A stretch of DNA of 64,000 nt from an uncultured Gammaproteobacteria bacterium (GTDB lineage Bacteria; Patescibacteriota; Patescibacteriia; UBA9570; XYC2-FULL-38-9), in the NCBI GenBank assembly GCA_964344485.1, contig CAYFNF010000004.1, positions 66,069 to 130,068 of the forward strand. The letters are read 5' to 3'. Made by a program: the position numbers and the translations under genes. The notes beneath the pieces are model-generated. The model did not search any database and was not told the DNA's origin. It saw only the letters and a list, made by a program, of their open reading frames with translations. This document shows positions 48,435 to 58,237 of the stretch, piece by piece (within the stretch, counting starts at the first letter, position 1; the number at the start of each line of letters is the position of its first letter).

Positions 48435-50237
48435 ATGGTGGAAAAGACTGATTCCTGGCCCGATGTGTGCTTCAAGAACGTCGTCGTCTTCCTGGCGGCG
48501 TGCGACGCACTGGGCATCGACAGGAACATCGTCCTCCGTGCTCTCCCCCCTGGGGTGGGCACAACCAAGGCCGCGCTGGCCAAGGCCTGGCGCCCGCTGG
48601 GTGAGTTCAACCACGTCATGGACGCGCTGGTCGGCGCGCTCGGCCACCCGCATCACCTGCGGCGTGTCGGTCGCTTCTCCGGCGATGTCTCGTTCGGCTT
48701 CGAGTACGTCGAGCGCTGGCTGGTCGGTGGACCGCTCAAGTACATCACCTCGCCCAGGCTCGGCGTGTCGCAGATCCCGTCCGGTGCGGCGTCGTTCAAC
48801 GTGAACAAGGACTGGCGCCCGCTGCTGGAAGGTGCTGCGGCTCGAACTCGGCAGATCTTCATGGTGACCTACAACAACGGCCCGGACGGACAGACCCCTC
48901 GGTCCACGATCGAGGACAGTCGGTCCCTGCTGCACTTCGTTCCCGGAGTGCTGCAGTCGGTCGCTCCGATGTGGGCGTTCCAGGGCGATGTCGGCGAGGT
49001 CAACCTCAAGGTCATCCAGATCCCTGCCATCGAGCTGGTGCGCAAGGAGATGCCGGACGCTGAAGTCAGACTGGTCAAGCGGCCCGAGAAGGCAGGCGTC
49101 CCGGACGAGAAGTGCCTGCCCGAAGACTGGCTCTTCCAGGTCAACGGTGAGGTCTACGGCCGTGTGGTCTACCTCCTGCGCGATCCGAACGCGCAGAACG
49201 AGTACACCGGCGAGTACCGCACCGAGTCCCTGCCTGACGACGACATCGACAGCCTGGTGCCCGCGATCCTGATCACGCGCGATCTGCGCACCATGTGCAC
49301 CGAGACCAAGGACCTGCTGCCGCTGATGGAAGAGGGCCAGATCTTCGAGTGGCCCGAGACCCGTCTGCCGGGTACGACCATCGAGATGACGTGGAGGTCC
49401 AGCGCGCTCTCCCGCTTCATCGAGGCCATCGCAGGCGGTCGCGTCACCGGCAACTTCAAGGCGTCGGCCCAGATCGAGGACCGGTCCGCGCGCGCGGAGC
49501 AGGAAGCTGCAACCGCACGGCTGCACCAGGAGCTGGGCGCTCGGTATCTGGAGAAGCGCTTCCCCACGCCCGAGATCGCGCAACAGGTCACCATGAGCAC
49601 GTTCGAGGAGCTCCGCATCTCGTGCGGAGTGCTGACCACGGACGTGGTGGGCTTCACTCGGAAGGCACGCGGAATGCAGCCTGGTGAGATGGGGCGGCTC
49701 ATGGAGCGGCTCACATCCGAGATGGTCCGGATCGCGGAGCGCCACGGGGGCTGGTTCTACAAGTTCCTGGGCGACGGCATCATCGTGATCTTCACCAGCG
49801 GCTGGTACTCACCACCACAGACGACCATGCCGGCCATGATGGAAGGCGCGGTTCAGGCTGCCCGTGAGATGCAGCTGGTGGCAGCCGAGTACGGCCTGCG
49901 CATGCGCATCGGCATCCACTGCGACGACGCACGGTGGTACGCACTCGAACACGGGTTCTCGTTCGAAGGAACGGGCCCGGCGCTGGACAAGTCCAAGCGT
50001 CTCGAGAGCGGAGCCGGAGACGGCGAGACTGCCATGTCGGTCGAAGCGCTGGAGGTGCGCGGAACCCATGAAGGCTTCGGCGACTGGGTGCTGATCGAGG
50101 ACAAGCACGGCTTCGAGCACCAGGCCGCCTTCGACCAGACCAGGGAAGAGGGCATCTCCGCCACGCAGACGCTGGTGGCCAGCACCGAAGCCCTGCTCGA
50201 CGACGATCGGGAGCACGGAGGACACGGAGGACACTGA
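48435..50237 (+). CDS. Protein of about 600 aa with an unknown N-terminal domain of about 400 aa and a C-terminal class III nucleotide (adenylyl/guanylyl-type) cyclase catalytic domain. It ends with a HGGHGGH tail. GC-rich island G.
   Basis: Metal-binding Asp motifs VLTTDVVGFT and FLGDGIIVIF. LRMRIGIHCDD followed by ...DKSKRLES, which fits the cyclase core. The track ORF begins at 48315 in AT-rich sequence, and the GC shift plus the first ATG place the start at 48435. Confidence 0.6.
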   Translation: MVEKTDSWPDVCFKNVVVFLAACDALGIDRNIVLRALPPGVGTTKAALAKAWRPLGEFNHVMDALVGALGHPHHLRRVGRFSGDVSFGFEYVERWLVGGPLKYITSPRLGVSQIPSGAASFNVNKDWRPLLEGAAARTRQIFMVTYNNGPDGQTPRSTIEDSRSLLHFVPGVLQSVAPMWAFQGDVGEVNLKVIQIPAIELVRKEMPDAEVRLVKRPEKAGVPDEKCLPEDWLFQVNGEVYGRVVYLLRDPNAQNEYTGEYRTESLPDDDIDSLVPAILITRDLRTMCTETKDLLPLMEEGQIFEWPETRLPGTTIEMTWRSSALSRFIEAIAGGRVTGNFKASAQIEDRSARAEQEAATARLHQELGARYLEKRFPTPEIAQQVTMSTFEELRISCGVLTTDVVGFTRKARGMQPGEMGRLMERLTSEMVRIAERHGGWFYKFLGDGIIVIFTSGWYSPPQTTMPAMMEGAVQAAREMQLVAAEYGLRMRIGIHCDDARWYALEHGFSFEGTGPALDKSKRLESGAGDGETAMSVEALEVRGTHEGFGDWVLIEDKHGFEHQAAFDQTREEGISATQTLVASTEALLDDDREHGGHGGH

Positions 50238-50331
50238 CAGCTGCTACGGCAGTACACGTCAGTATTTTTTTATTCAATATTCCAATAGACTGTGTTGCTT
50301 AAACGAGCATATGGTAATATACTTTGAGTAT

Positions 50332-51018
50332 ATGAGCGTAGATATAAGCTACTATTCTTTCTCTCCAAGCCGTGCGGACCAGGAGTGGGGGCGTCTAGAA
50401 GAGACCATCTCTCTCCTTCAAGACAAGCACGCGAAATGGAAACAAGAGAAAAACGAGGGTTACTTTTATAGGACACTCACGCCGAGTGAAAATGCTATCT
50501 ATGAGAATTGGGAGTGCTTTCAGTCTGAGCTGCAGAGTGATAAGCAGGGCTTTGAAATTGGATTAAAAAGAGTTGACCTTGGCCTTGGATCTGTGGTAGC
50601 CGAGTATTTAGAGGATGGAAAGGTTGAATTTATAATGCTCGATGCATTGATTCAAGCAGCAGGTTTAGAAATTGAAGAAGAAGACAGAAGTAATATGGGC
50701 TGTGGAGGACATACTCCGACAAAACAAGCATGGATAAAGCTTTTTTCGTCTATTGATAAGGATCTGCTAACAATAGCGTCGGATTTCCTGCATAAAGAGC
50801 TGAATTGGGATGTTGAACAAGAGTGCATCCCAGGCCTTGTCAGATATTTACAATACATACGGCCAGTCATCAAGGACCTGAAAGAAGTAGACGATGCATT
50901 GTTTGTTTCAGTAGTAAACGGAGAAGGGTTTGGTCCAGACAAGGTTGGTACGTTGTTAACAACGAGAGTAGAACAACATATGCAGCAAGTTCAGGGTTTG
51001 GAGCTGCCAGATTTATAG
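50332..51018 (+). CDS. Hypothetical protein. The start could alternatively be at 50311.
   Basis: ORF track 50311..51018, with no recognizable motifs. Confidence 0.4.
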   Translation: MSVDISYYSFSPSRADQEWGRLEETISLLQDKHAKWKQEKNEGYFYRTLTPSENAIYENWECFQSELQSDKQGFEIGLKRVDLGLGSVVAEYLEDGKVEFIMLDALIQAAGLEIEEEDRSNMGCGGHTPTKQAWIKLFSSIDKDLLTIASDFLHKELNWDVEQECIPGLVRYLQYIRPVIKDLKEVDDALFVSVVNGEGFGPDKVGTLLTTRVEQHMQQVQGLELPDL

Positions 51019-51037
51019 AAAGAAAGTTAAATATGCA

Positions 51038-51062
51038 AAAATCCGCAAACGCGGATTATTTG
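51038..51062. terminator. Hairpin ATCCGC-aaac-GCGGAT preceded by A5 and followed by TATTTG. Bidirectional terminator candidate.
   Basis: Read directly. Confidence 0.5.
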
Positions 51063-51065
51063 AGC

Positions 51066-51088
51066 TTGAGGTGTGGATGGGACTCGAA
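51066..51088. repeat. 23 nt duplicate of the 3' end of tRNA-Cys (ttgaggtgtggatgggactcgaa). The copy does not fold as a tRNA.
   Basis: Identical to 51224..51246. The sequence diverges after ...ctcgaa. Confidence 0.8.
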
Positions 51089-51226
51089 GTCCAGGGCAGC
51101 GCTGACTTGCCACCGGCAACTCAGCGGCGTTCAGCTACGCTCTACGAGCTTGCTTCACTGCTGCTCGTTCTCGTCAGTTCTTTACTGTAAATAAAATCCA
51201 GGTTGTATTACCTGGATGAAAATTTG

Positions 51227-51299
51227 AGGTGTGGATGGGACTCGAACCCACATATAGCCGCTCTGCAGGCGGCTGCATAACCAATTTTGCTACCACACC
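51227..51299 (-). tRNA. tRNA-Cys(GCA)
   Basis: Reverse complement folds as follows: acceptor GGTGTGG/CCACACC, anticodon stem GCCGC/GCGGC with loop CTGCAGA, T-arm GTGGG-TTCGAGT-CCCAT, discriminator U. A hairpin terminator ATCCAGG-ttgtatta-CCTGGAT is at 51197..51218. Confidence 0.8.
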
Positions 51300-51401
51300 A
51301 TGCACATTGAGTGCGAATGTGAGTGTATCAGAATACTCTTGATTTTTCAAGAGCAAAGAACATACTATGAAAAGCGCACGAGACAAGAACCAGAAATAAC
51401 A

Positions 51402-52178
51402 CTATATCTCATTCGGCACGTCCAACCATTCTGTCTTTACTCCCCATTCAGATACAATCTCCTGCAACTTCTTCACCCCAAACATCTCAGTATGGTAGTG
51501 TCCACCAGCAATAAAGTGAATACCTGCTTCTCGGAACTCCTCTCGATTCCACTCATGTACTTCGCCAGTAATAAACAGATCAACATTATTCTCCATGAGC
51601 CAAGTCATCTCTGGCATATACGGCGCCCCTTTACCAGTAGCGCATACTACGGTAGTGATCTCTTTTGGCCCAAAGTCATACACTACTGTTTGCGGACTAA
51701 ACAGCGGAGTGAGTGTTTTTTGAATCTGTGCAAGCGACTGAGCTTTGGGTAGCTGACCAACACGCCCCCACGGAGCATCATCAGTCATGTACGGATCAGT
51801 ATCATCCACGCCCAGGGTGTTTAGAATTAACGCTGGGTGCCCAACAACCGGATGCGCATCCAATAAAAAGTGACTGCTCCACAGAGATACATTATTCTTT
51901 ATCAACCATGCGTACCGATCAAAAGCGATCTTCGCCAATGCACGAGCTTGAGTAGAGATTCCATGATGCACCACCAGCGCATCACATTTTTTCTTTTTTG
52001 CGAGCTCAAATAGCCGCAAATTTGCAGAAACCCCAAAGCCGACTGTCGCGATCTTGTCCTTTCCCCATGCTTGCAAACCATTGTGAAGAACATCCTTGTC
52101 TACATATGGAGAAAGCTCCTCTGTAAATAAGAGACCCCGTAGTTTTTTGTCGAGTTCATTTAATGAGATTGTGTTCAT
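51402..52178 (-). CDS. Nif3-family (YqfO/YbgI-like) dinuclear metal-centre protein.
   Basis: GVSANLRLFELAKKKKCDALVVHHG and later HH/E metal-ligand regions. Confidence 0.65.
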   Translation of the reverse strand: MNTISLNELDKKLRGLLFTEELSPYVDKDVLHNGLQAWGKDKIATVGFGVSANLRLFELAKKKKCDALVVHHGISTQARALAKIAFDRYAWLIKNNVSLWSSHFLLDAHPVVGHPALILNTLGVDDTDPYMTDDAPWGRVGQLPKAQSLAQIQKTLTPLFSPQTVVYDFGPKEITTVVCATGKGAPYMPEMTWLMENNVDLFITGEVHEWNREEFREAGIHFIAGGHYHTEMFGVKKLQEIVSEWGVKTEWLDVPNEI

Positions 52179-52263
52179 ATAGATAGAGTTAGTAGAACTA
52201 TAATAACAAGGATTTCTCTATCAGAAAACCCCCTCACACAGAGGGGGCTATCGTTCAGAATGC

Positions 52264-53586
52264 TTATGATGCAGTTTTAAACTTCACCCACGTGGTCCAA
52301 TCACTATAGTATTTGGTTCCGCTTTCGGTCCGTTGTTTACGAGCACGTACTCTGTACTTCGTTCCTGGCTTCAGCTTCTTCATCAATTTTTTCTTCTTGT
52401 TTTTCTTTACAAGATAGGTCTTGTACTTTTTATACTTCTTCTTCTTTTTATTCCACTTCTGTAACTTCAATTGAGTCTTGAAGCCGTGCTTCTTCCACGA
52501 TGCAGTCGCTTTCTTTCTTTTTCGCAACTTCTTTTTTACTTTCAAGTTCTTCACTGTTGCTGCTGGAGTGTAATCTGCTGTCTGGGTGGTAAAATTGACT
52601 ATCACAGTGTCGGTTTGATCGAGTGTTTCGCTAGAAGACGCAGTAGCAGAAAAACTAGTCGCTTCTTTGTCAGGGGGGAACACTTCAACCATAATGGCAA
52701 AGTTATAATCTACATCTTCACCTTCAGGCACCTCTCCGCCAATAAAGTTTGTTGCTGCGAAAAACGGCCCGAGCTTTTGTTGCACTTCAAACGCTGATGG
52801 GGGTACTGTCCCTTGTTCAAATTCCATGTCATCCATATTCGTCTCTGCATCAGCAGTATCAATGGTGTCTACTAGCGTATCATCCGTTTGCCAATTCTTT
52901 GTGCCGTTGGTCTCTTGATAGATTTTTAAGTTTTCAACTCCACCGATCTCCTCTTGGGCTTGCATGAAATATGAAGGACCAAATTCTGGCATTTCAGGCA
53001 TGAGACTTTGAATATCCGAATCCATGTTCATCTCCGCAACTAAATAGTATTCGAACCCCTCAGCATCAGGCGAGCCGAATGCAAATATCATGGCGTAGTG
53101 ATAGTCTTGTGGAATATCTGTTGGAGCGTCGCCTCCGGACATAACGACTTCAAATATACTTTTATACTGTTTCTCAGCAGTATCGTACACTGCCATCTGC
53201 GCTACATCAGTAGTAAAAAGAAGATACATATAATCTTCCTCTTCTTCCTTTCCAACGCCAAAGTACGCTGTCTGGATGTCCCATTGACCATTTGGGTCCC
53301 AGAAATAACTAGTGCACTCTTCTTGTGTTTCGATTGTACTGTCCCACTTAGAGGATTTTGGGTCCCAGCACCAGACATCGCGGTCAACGTCAGTGGTGGT
53401 ACTTTCATCAATCACCTGATTCTCTGCAGGCCAGTCCGTTGCCAGACCATCCATGACAATTTCATCAGGATTTTCTAGCACAAACGAAGTCATGGATGCA
53501 GCAGCTGTTGGCGAAACACCCAACAAAAACAACGCCATTACTGACGCGCCCATAACTGCGAACCCATGTGTAAGCCATTTTTTCAT
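52264..53586 (-). CDS. Secreted protein with a signal peptide and a Lys-rich FN3-like C-terminal domain paralogous to that of 3090..4340.
   Basis: C-terminus ..WKKHGFKTQLKLQKWNKKKKKYKKYKTYLVKKNKKKKLMKKLKPGTKYRVRARKQ...YSDWTTWVKFKT. Confidence 0.6.
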   Translation of the reverse strand: MKKWLTHGFAVMGASVMALFLLGVSPTAAASMTSFVLENPDEIVMDGLATDWPAENQVIDESTTTDVDRDVWCWDPKSSKWDSTIETQEECTSYFWDPNGQWDIQTAYFGVGKEEEEDYMYLLFTTDVAQMAVYDTAEKQYKSIFEVVMSGGDAPTDIPQDYHYAMIFAFGSPDAEGFEYYLVAEMNMDSDIQSLMPEMPEFGPSYFMQAQEEIGGVENLKIYQETNGTKNWQTDDTLVDTIDTADAETNMDDMEFEQGTVPPSAFEVQQKLGPFFAATNFIGGEVPEGEDVDYNFAIMVEVFPPDKEATSFSATASSSETLDQTDTVIVNFTTQTADYTPAATVKNLKVKKKLRKRKKATASWKKHGFKTQLKLQKWNKKKKKYKKYKTYLVKKNKKKKLMKKLKPGTKYRVRARKQRTESGTKYYSDWTTWVKFKTAS

Positions 53587-53641
53587 ACGTGTTATATTAA
53601 TACTCTTTAGGAGTGAATCGTACCATGCTCTACATGGCAGA

Positions 53642-54169
53642 TCAACTTTTTGTATATAAGTAATAGGTAAACATTACATCTTTTTCGGTGTCTTGTCCGA
53701 GCTTTTTCTTTATCGAGAATTCAGGCGGAATGTCAGGGAAGAACGTGTCGCATTCAAAGTCGTGGTCAATCACTGTAAGATATAAACCGTCTATATCCGG
53801 ATGCACAATGGATTCTCGGTACACGTATCCACCGCCAATAACAAAGATGTCTTCTATAGAGCCATCCGCTGCATCAAACGCTTGTTCCAGTGATGTAGCC
53901 ACTGTCGCACCCGAAGCATCATACGCATCATCTCGTGTCAGCACCACATTTTTTCGATCTGGCAATGGTCGAAACTTCACTGGTAGAGACTCCCATGTTG
54001 TACGACCCATCACCACCATGTGCTGTTTTTCAGGATCTGTTCGTGTAGTAGTCACAGAAGTAAAATGCTGCATCTCTTTTTTTAACCGCCACGGCAGAGT
54101 ACGATCTTTTCCAATGCCAAACTCGCGGTCCATGGCTGCGATGATATACACCTGGTGGTTGTTTCTCAT
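53642..54169 (-). CDS. folA: Dihydrofolate reductase
   Basis: VYIIAAMDREFGIGKDRTLPW and GRTTWESLP regions. Confidence 0.85.
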   Translation of the reverse strand: MRNNHQVYIIAAMDREFGIGKDRTLPWRLKKEMQHFTSVTTTRTDPEKQHMVVMGRTTWESLPVKFRPLPDRKNVVLTRDDAYDASGATVATSLEQAFDAADGSIEDIFVIGGGYVYRESIVHPDIDGLYLTVIDHDFECDTFFPDIPPEFSIKKKLGQDTEKDVMFTYYLYTKS

Positions 54170-54188
54170 ATGTCTAGTGTAGCACGTC

Positions 54189-55001
54189 CTACACTGCTAT
54201 TGGAAATTTGATAAATGGATGGTGTTCGTAGTCCTCTACTGTAATGTCTTCAACTTCGAGCTTCCAGAATGATTTATCTGCAATGCGCAGTGTTGGTAGT
54301 GAATGCGGTTCGCGTTCCAGTTGTTTCTGCAGCCCTTCAACATGATTGGAATAGATGTGCGCATTTCCCAATGTATGTACGAAGAAGCGAGGTGTTAGCT
54401 TACACTCTTTCGCGACCATGGCCAGTAATGCAGAATAGCTCGCTATATTATATGGAACTCCTAGTGCCATGTCTGCGCTGCGTTGATAGAGCTGCAGATC
54501 TAAGCAATCACCTGCAACATGGAATTGAAAGAACGCATGGCACGGTGGAAGCGCCATTCTATCAAGATCAGCAACATTCCAAGCACTCACAATGATTCGC
54601 CGGCTGGTCGGTTCGTTCTGTATGAGGTCAATTGCATTTTGGATCTGATTGATATGGGAGATTTTGCACTGTCCCTTCTTGTCTTGTTCATGTCTATCCC
54701 ATTTAATCCATTGATACCCATAGACCGGTCCTAGTTCACCATTATCATCCGCCCACGGATTCCAGATTTTTGTGTATTCTGCTAATCCATCATTGATATT
54801 AGTTGCTCCTTTCAAAAACCAGATTAGCTCCGCAATGATATTCTGGAAATTCACTTTTTTTGTTGTTACTAACGGAAAGCCTTCGCGCAAATCGTATTTT
54901 GTTTGCAGCCCAAATATGGAGATCATACCGGTTCCAGTGCGGTCTGGGGTCTCTTCTCCGTGTTCGAATACGTGTCGTACTAAGTCTAGATATTGTTTCA
55001 T
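54189..55001 (-). CDS. thyA: Thymidylate synthase
   Basis: [25 protein letters not shown] ... [13 protein letters not shown]. Confidence 0.9.
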   Translation of the reverse strand: MKQYLDLVRHVFEHGEETPDRTGTGMISIFGLQTKYDLREGFPLVTTKKVNFQNIIAELIWFLKGATNINDGLAEYTKIWNPWADDNGELGPVYGYQWIKWDRHEQDKKGQCKISHINQIQNAIDLIQNEPTSRRIIVSAWNVADLDRMALPPCHAFFQFHVAGDCLDLQLYQRSADMALGVPYNIASYSALLAMVAKECKLTPRFFVHTLGNAHIYSNHVEGLQKQLEREPHSLPTLRIADKSFWKLEVEDITVEDYEHHPFIKFPIAV

Positions 55002-55012
55002 GTGTTGTGTAG

Positions 55013-56155
55013 TTAATCAGCTGCCCAATTAGTAGTTGGCCAAGGAATGATAGACGGAGCGCTTGCGATCATGGTATCGCTACCGAACGTTTCTCCATTA
55101 ATCATGATCGTGAAGTCTTCCTCTTCTGCAAGCTCATAGATGTCATCTAATGCAGCTCGGTGGATGTACTCTGTTCCAGCACCGCCCTTGGAATTGACGT
55201 ATAACCAAAGTGTATCATCAATTTCAATTAAACTCGGCACTCCTCCATTTCGAGTCACACGATGCCATAATTCATCTGTTGGACTAGAATACGCACTATC
55301 TGGTGAGTCGCTAGTAAACAAGTATGTATCAGAACCACTGGATAAGACCAGGGTGTATGTTCCGTCGTCTAGCTTAGTCACATCAGGATCGCTGATTGCT
55401 GTAACCGTTCCAGGGCCCGGCTCTTCTAATGTCGCAGTCACACCTGCTCCTTCAACAATCTCCCATTCTTCCCATGAGTCATCAGTAGGCATTGCCACTG
55501 CCATCATCTTTTCACACGGATAGGTTTCACATCCAGTGACATTCTTTGCTGGCCCGGTATCCTCTTGATATAAGTGAGTGAAGTACACATCGTCGCCTTC
55601 AACGTAAAAACTTGGGTCCACATATCCATGCTCTTCACCATCTTCATCTACTAAGTTAAAGTAGATCTCTTTAGTGACTAAGAAGCAGGAGTTTACTTCG
55701 CGGATGTTCGGACGTAGATCGTTAGAGGATGGTTGTGCTATATACAGATGGTCATCATAGAAGAAGACTTCAGGAACACTGCCCTGCACCGGCGTCCATT
55801 CGTCGATAAGCTCCCATTGCTCTCCGTCCTTGGATCCCGCGATATAGATTTCATGGTTGTCCGTTTTCTTACAGTCATCCACGCTCGTATCACAAGAGAA
55901 GAACGTCATCATGTAGTTATAGTCATATTCCAGGGGCTCTTGGCAGTCTGTTTCCGAGACCTCTGTACGCGGCGTGCTTTGGTCAGTGTTTGGTGGCAGT
56001 AAAGGAGCAGCGAAAGCGTTCGTATTATTCGTAGGAGGCTGTACTACCGTATTAGTGTTTGTGTTGTCTACGGTGTATTTCACTACTGCTAACACTGCAG
56101 CAATAGCGACAATTAATACTGCCAGCACTATTGATATAATAATACCTTTTTTCAT
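55013..56155 (-). CDS. Secreted or membrane-anchored hypothetical protein, acidic and Cys-containing.
   Basis: N-terminal [25 protein letters not shown]. Confidence 0.45.
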   Translation of the reverse strand: MKKGIIISIVLAVLIVAIAAVLAVVKYTVDNTNTNTVVQPPTNNTNAFAAPLLPPNTDQSTPRTEVSETDCQEPLEYDYNYMMTFFSCDTSVDDCKKTDNHEIYIAGSKDGEQWELIDEWTPVQGSVPEVFFYDDHLYIAQPSSNDLRPNIREVNSCFLVTKEIYFNLVDEDGEEHGYVDPSFYVEGDDVYFTHLYQEDTGPAKNVTGCETYPCEKMMAVAMPTDDSWEEWEIVEGAGVTATLEEPGPGTVTAISDPDVTKLDDGTYTLVLSSGSDTYLFTSDSPDSAYSSPTDELWHRVTRNGGVPSLIEIDDTLWLYVNSKGGAGTEYIHRAALDDIYELAEEEDFTIMINGETFGSDTMIASAPSIIPWPTTNWAAD

Positions 56156-56262
56156 ATTGGTCTTTTTAATTATTTATTGAATTGTATCAAATTGTCGTGC
56201 TCGTGGCGAACTAGCAGTGGATCTGATACAATATCACTAATATCACAATAAACAATACGGAT

Positions 56263-56622
56263 ATGGGGAAGAAAAGCATACTATCGTCTGATCACACTGG
56301 GGCGTTATTGGGAATGAGTGTGTTCTTTGCGATCTTATTGACTGTTGCGTTGTACTTTATTCCAATTCGAGTACGAACATACGAACACTACGGTCCACCA
56401 CAGCAAGGACATATCTCTAGTAAAACTGAGTACGGATTTCCATTTCCGGTTCGCTCTACAGTTACTCGACACGGAAGCAGTGAAATCGAGGAAGGAAGCA
56501 GTGTATATAAAGGGCAATTTACCGTACTCAATGTTGCTGCGCTTAGCGTCGTGATTTTTTTGATCTTACTTATTCATGACGCAATTCGTGCCCGCAGAAA
56601 GAAGAAGGAAGTACCGCAATAA
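56263..56622 (+). CDS. Small two-TM membrane protein.
   Basis: 119 aa with two hydrophobic segments. Confidence 0.4.
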   Translation: MGKKSILSSDHTGALLGMSVFFAILLTVALYFIPIRVRTYEHYGPPQQGHISSKTEYGFPFPVRSTVTRHGSSEIEEGSSVYKGQFTVLNVAALSVVIFLILLIHDAIRARRKKKEVPQ

Positions 56623-56684
56623 AAGGCATTTTCATTATGTAATGCTATATTGCTACCATGTAGAAAGAGTGCTACCGTTCTATT

Positions 56685-58061
56685 ATGAGAACAGTAGGTT
56701 GCGAATTTGAATATATTGCAGTATTTCCTGATGGAAGGAGCATCGATCGCGCAACCGCGATCCGTTTTTGGAAACACTTTGCTAAAGAGCATCCAGAGTG
56801 GCAGATAAAAAAAGAGAAGATTCGTGGTGATGTTACTGGAGTATATCGTAAGAATGGGAGGTATATTGAAGTGTTGAATACTGACCGCGGAGTCGGTACG
56901 ATGGAATTATCATTACGTCCATTTGCTACTATTCAACAGAGCGAAAAGCATTTTCATTCTGTATTCAATAAAATGGTACGCATTGCTGAGCAAATCGGTT
57001 TCTATTTTATTACCACTGGCGTGCAGCCGATTACCTGGCTGGATCAGGGTCGTGTGACGCGAAAAGATTGGTATTTACTATTTGATAAAAAGTTGCGGCA
57101 TTGGAGACACGGTATTGTTACTGCATCACATCAGGCAACTATTGACCACTCAGTTGATGAGTGGATACCGGTGTACAATGTAATGCATGCGCTTTCTGGG
57201 CCCTTGTCTGCGTTGACTGTGTGTTCACCGATTGCTCAAGGAAGGATGCAGCCACAGAAAGAGACGCGGCAACAGTTATGGCACGCATGGAATAAAAAGG
57301 CCCTCCCGCAATATCGGTCCTTTTTTGGGAATACCATACAAAAGAAGCCGTTCAAGACCCTGGACGAGTATATTCGTTTTTATTGGAACACGCGATTATT
57401 TTTAGTCACAAGAGGGAAAGGCGCCGGGTATGCTGTATGGGGTGATCCGCAGTTTATCGAATACCTTCGGTCTGAAAAACCAATGGTCCATATTGGATTG
57501 CTTGGAGACCGTAAAAGATTAATGCCAGATGTAGAGATGTTGCATTATATTCATCAATATACGTGGCTCACTGCGAAGGTACATTATTTTTTCGAAGACA
57601 CCGTGACTGTGGCAGGAGCAGTAGAAGCATACGACAGCTCAAGTATCCTCCCATACTTTAAAAAACATATATCGCACTGCTATATAGAGAATCGCACATG
57701 TGGAGTTGCGCCAAAAGGAGAGGAAATGGCGATACCTGCAATATCTCTCGGTATTGTAGAAAATTGGAAGGACGCAGAGCAGCTCGTAAATAAGATGTCA
57801 TGGGAACAATGGGTTCAATTCAGAAACGATGCAGATATTCACGGTTTAGATTTCCCTCATCATAAGCAGCGTAACCTCCGACTGGTCCATGAGACGTTGA
57901 AAGTCGCTGAGCAGGGCTTGAAGAGAAGAGGCAAAGGAGAGGAAGTCTACCTTACACCACTGTGGGAGCGGTTACGATCGAAAACAACACCAGCGGACAA
58001 GATGATAGAGACGTTCCAGCAAGGTGGAGTTCCTGCAATAGTAGAAACGTATAAGTATTAG
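56685..58061 (+). CDS. Glutamate-cysteine-ligase family 2 (GCS2)-like carboxylate-amine ligase.
   Basis: N-terminal MRTVGCEFEYIAV resembles the GCS2 EEE(F/Y) start. Tentative. Confidence 0.4.
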   Translation: MRTVGCEFEYIAVFPDGRSIDRATAIRFWKHFAKEHPEWQIKKEKIRGDVTGVYRKNGRYIEVLNTDRGVGTMELSLRPFATIQQSEKHFHSVFNKMVRIAEQIGFYFITTGVQPITWLDQGRVTRKDWYLLFDKKLRHWRHGIVTASHQATIDHSVDEWIPVYNVMHALSGPLSALTVCSPIAQGRMQPQKETRQQLWHAWNKKALPQYRSFFGNTIQKKPFKTLDEYIRFYWNTRLFLVTRGKGAGYAVWGDPQFIEYLRSEKPMVHIGLLGDRKRLMPDVEMLHYIHQYTWLTAKVHYFFEDTVTVAGAVEAYDSSSILPYFKKHISHCYIENRTCGVAPKGEEMAIPAISLGIVENWKDAEQLVNKMSWEQWVQFRNDADIHGLDFPHHKQRNLRLVHETLKVAEQGLKRRGKGEEVYLTPLWERLRSKTTPADKMIETFQQGGVPAIVETYKY

Positions 58062-58086
58062 AAAAACCGCCTGTAAGGCGATTTTA

Positions 58087-58162
58087 TGGAGCGGGTAGGG
58101 GGAATCGAACCCCCATATTCAGCTTGGAAGGCTGACGTAATGAGCCGTTATACTATACCCGC
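58087..58162 (-). tRNA. tRNA-Gly(TCC), with encoded CCA.
   Basis: Reverse complement folds as follows: acceptor GCGGGTA/TACCCGC, anticodon loop CTTCCAA, T-arm GGGGG-TTCGATT-CCCCC, then T-CCA. Confidence 0.75.
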
Positions 58163-58237
58163 AAGCAGAACAGATTGTATAGCAATTTCGGAATAAAATC
58201 AAGTAATGAAGCAGAAAAAGCCTAATACACCCCACAA

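Noticed and set aside
51069-51160. A second tRNA gene upstream of tRNA-Cys.
   Set aside because: Only the 23 nt 3'-end fragment matches. The remainder cannot form T, anticodon or D arms, so it is reported as a repeat or att-like scar rather than a tRNA.
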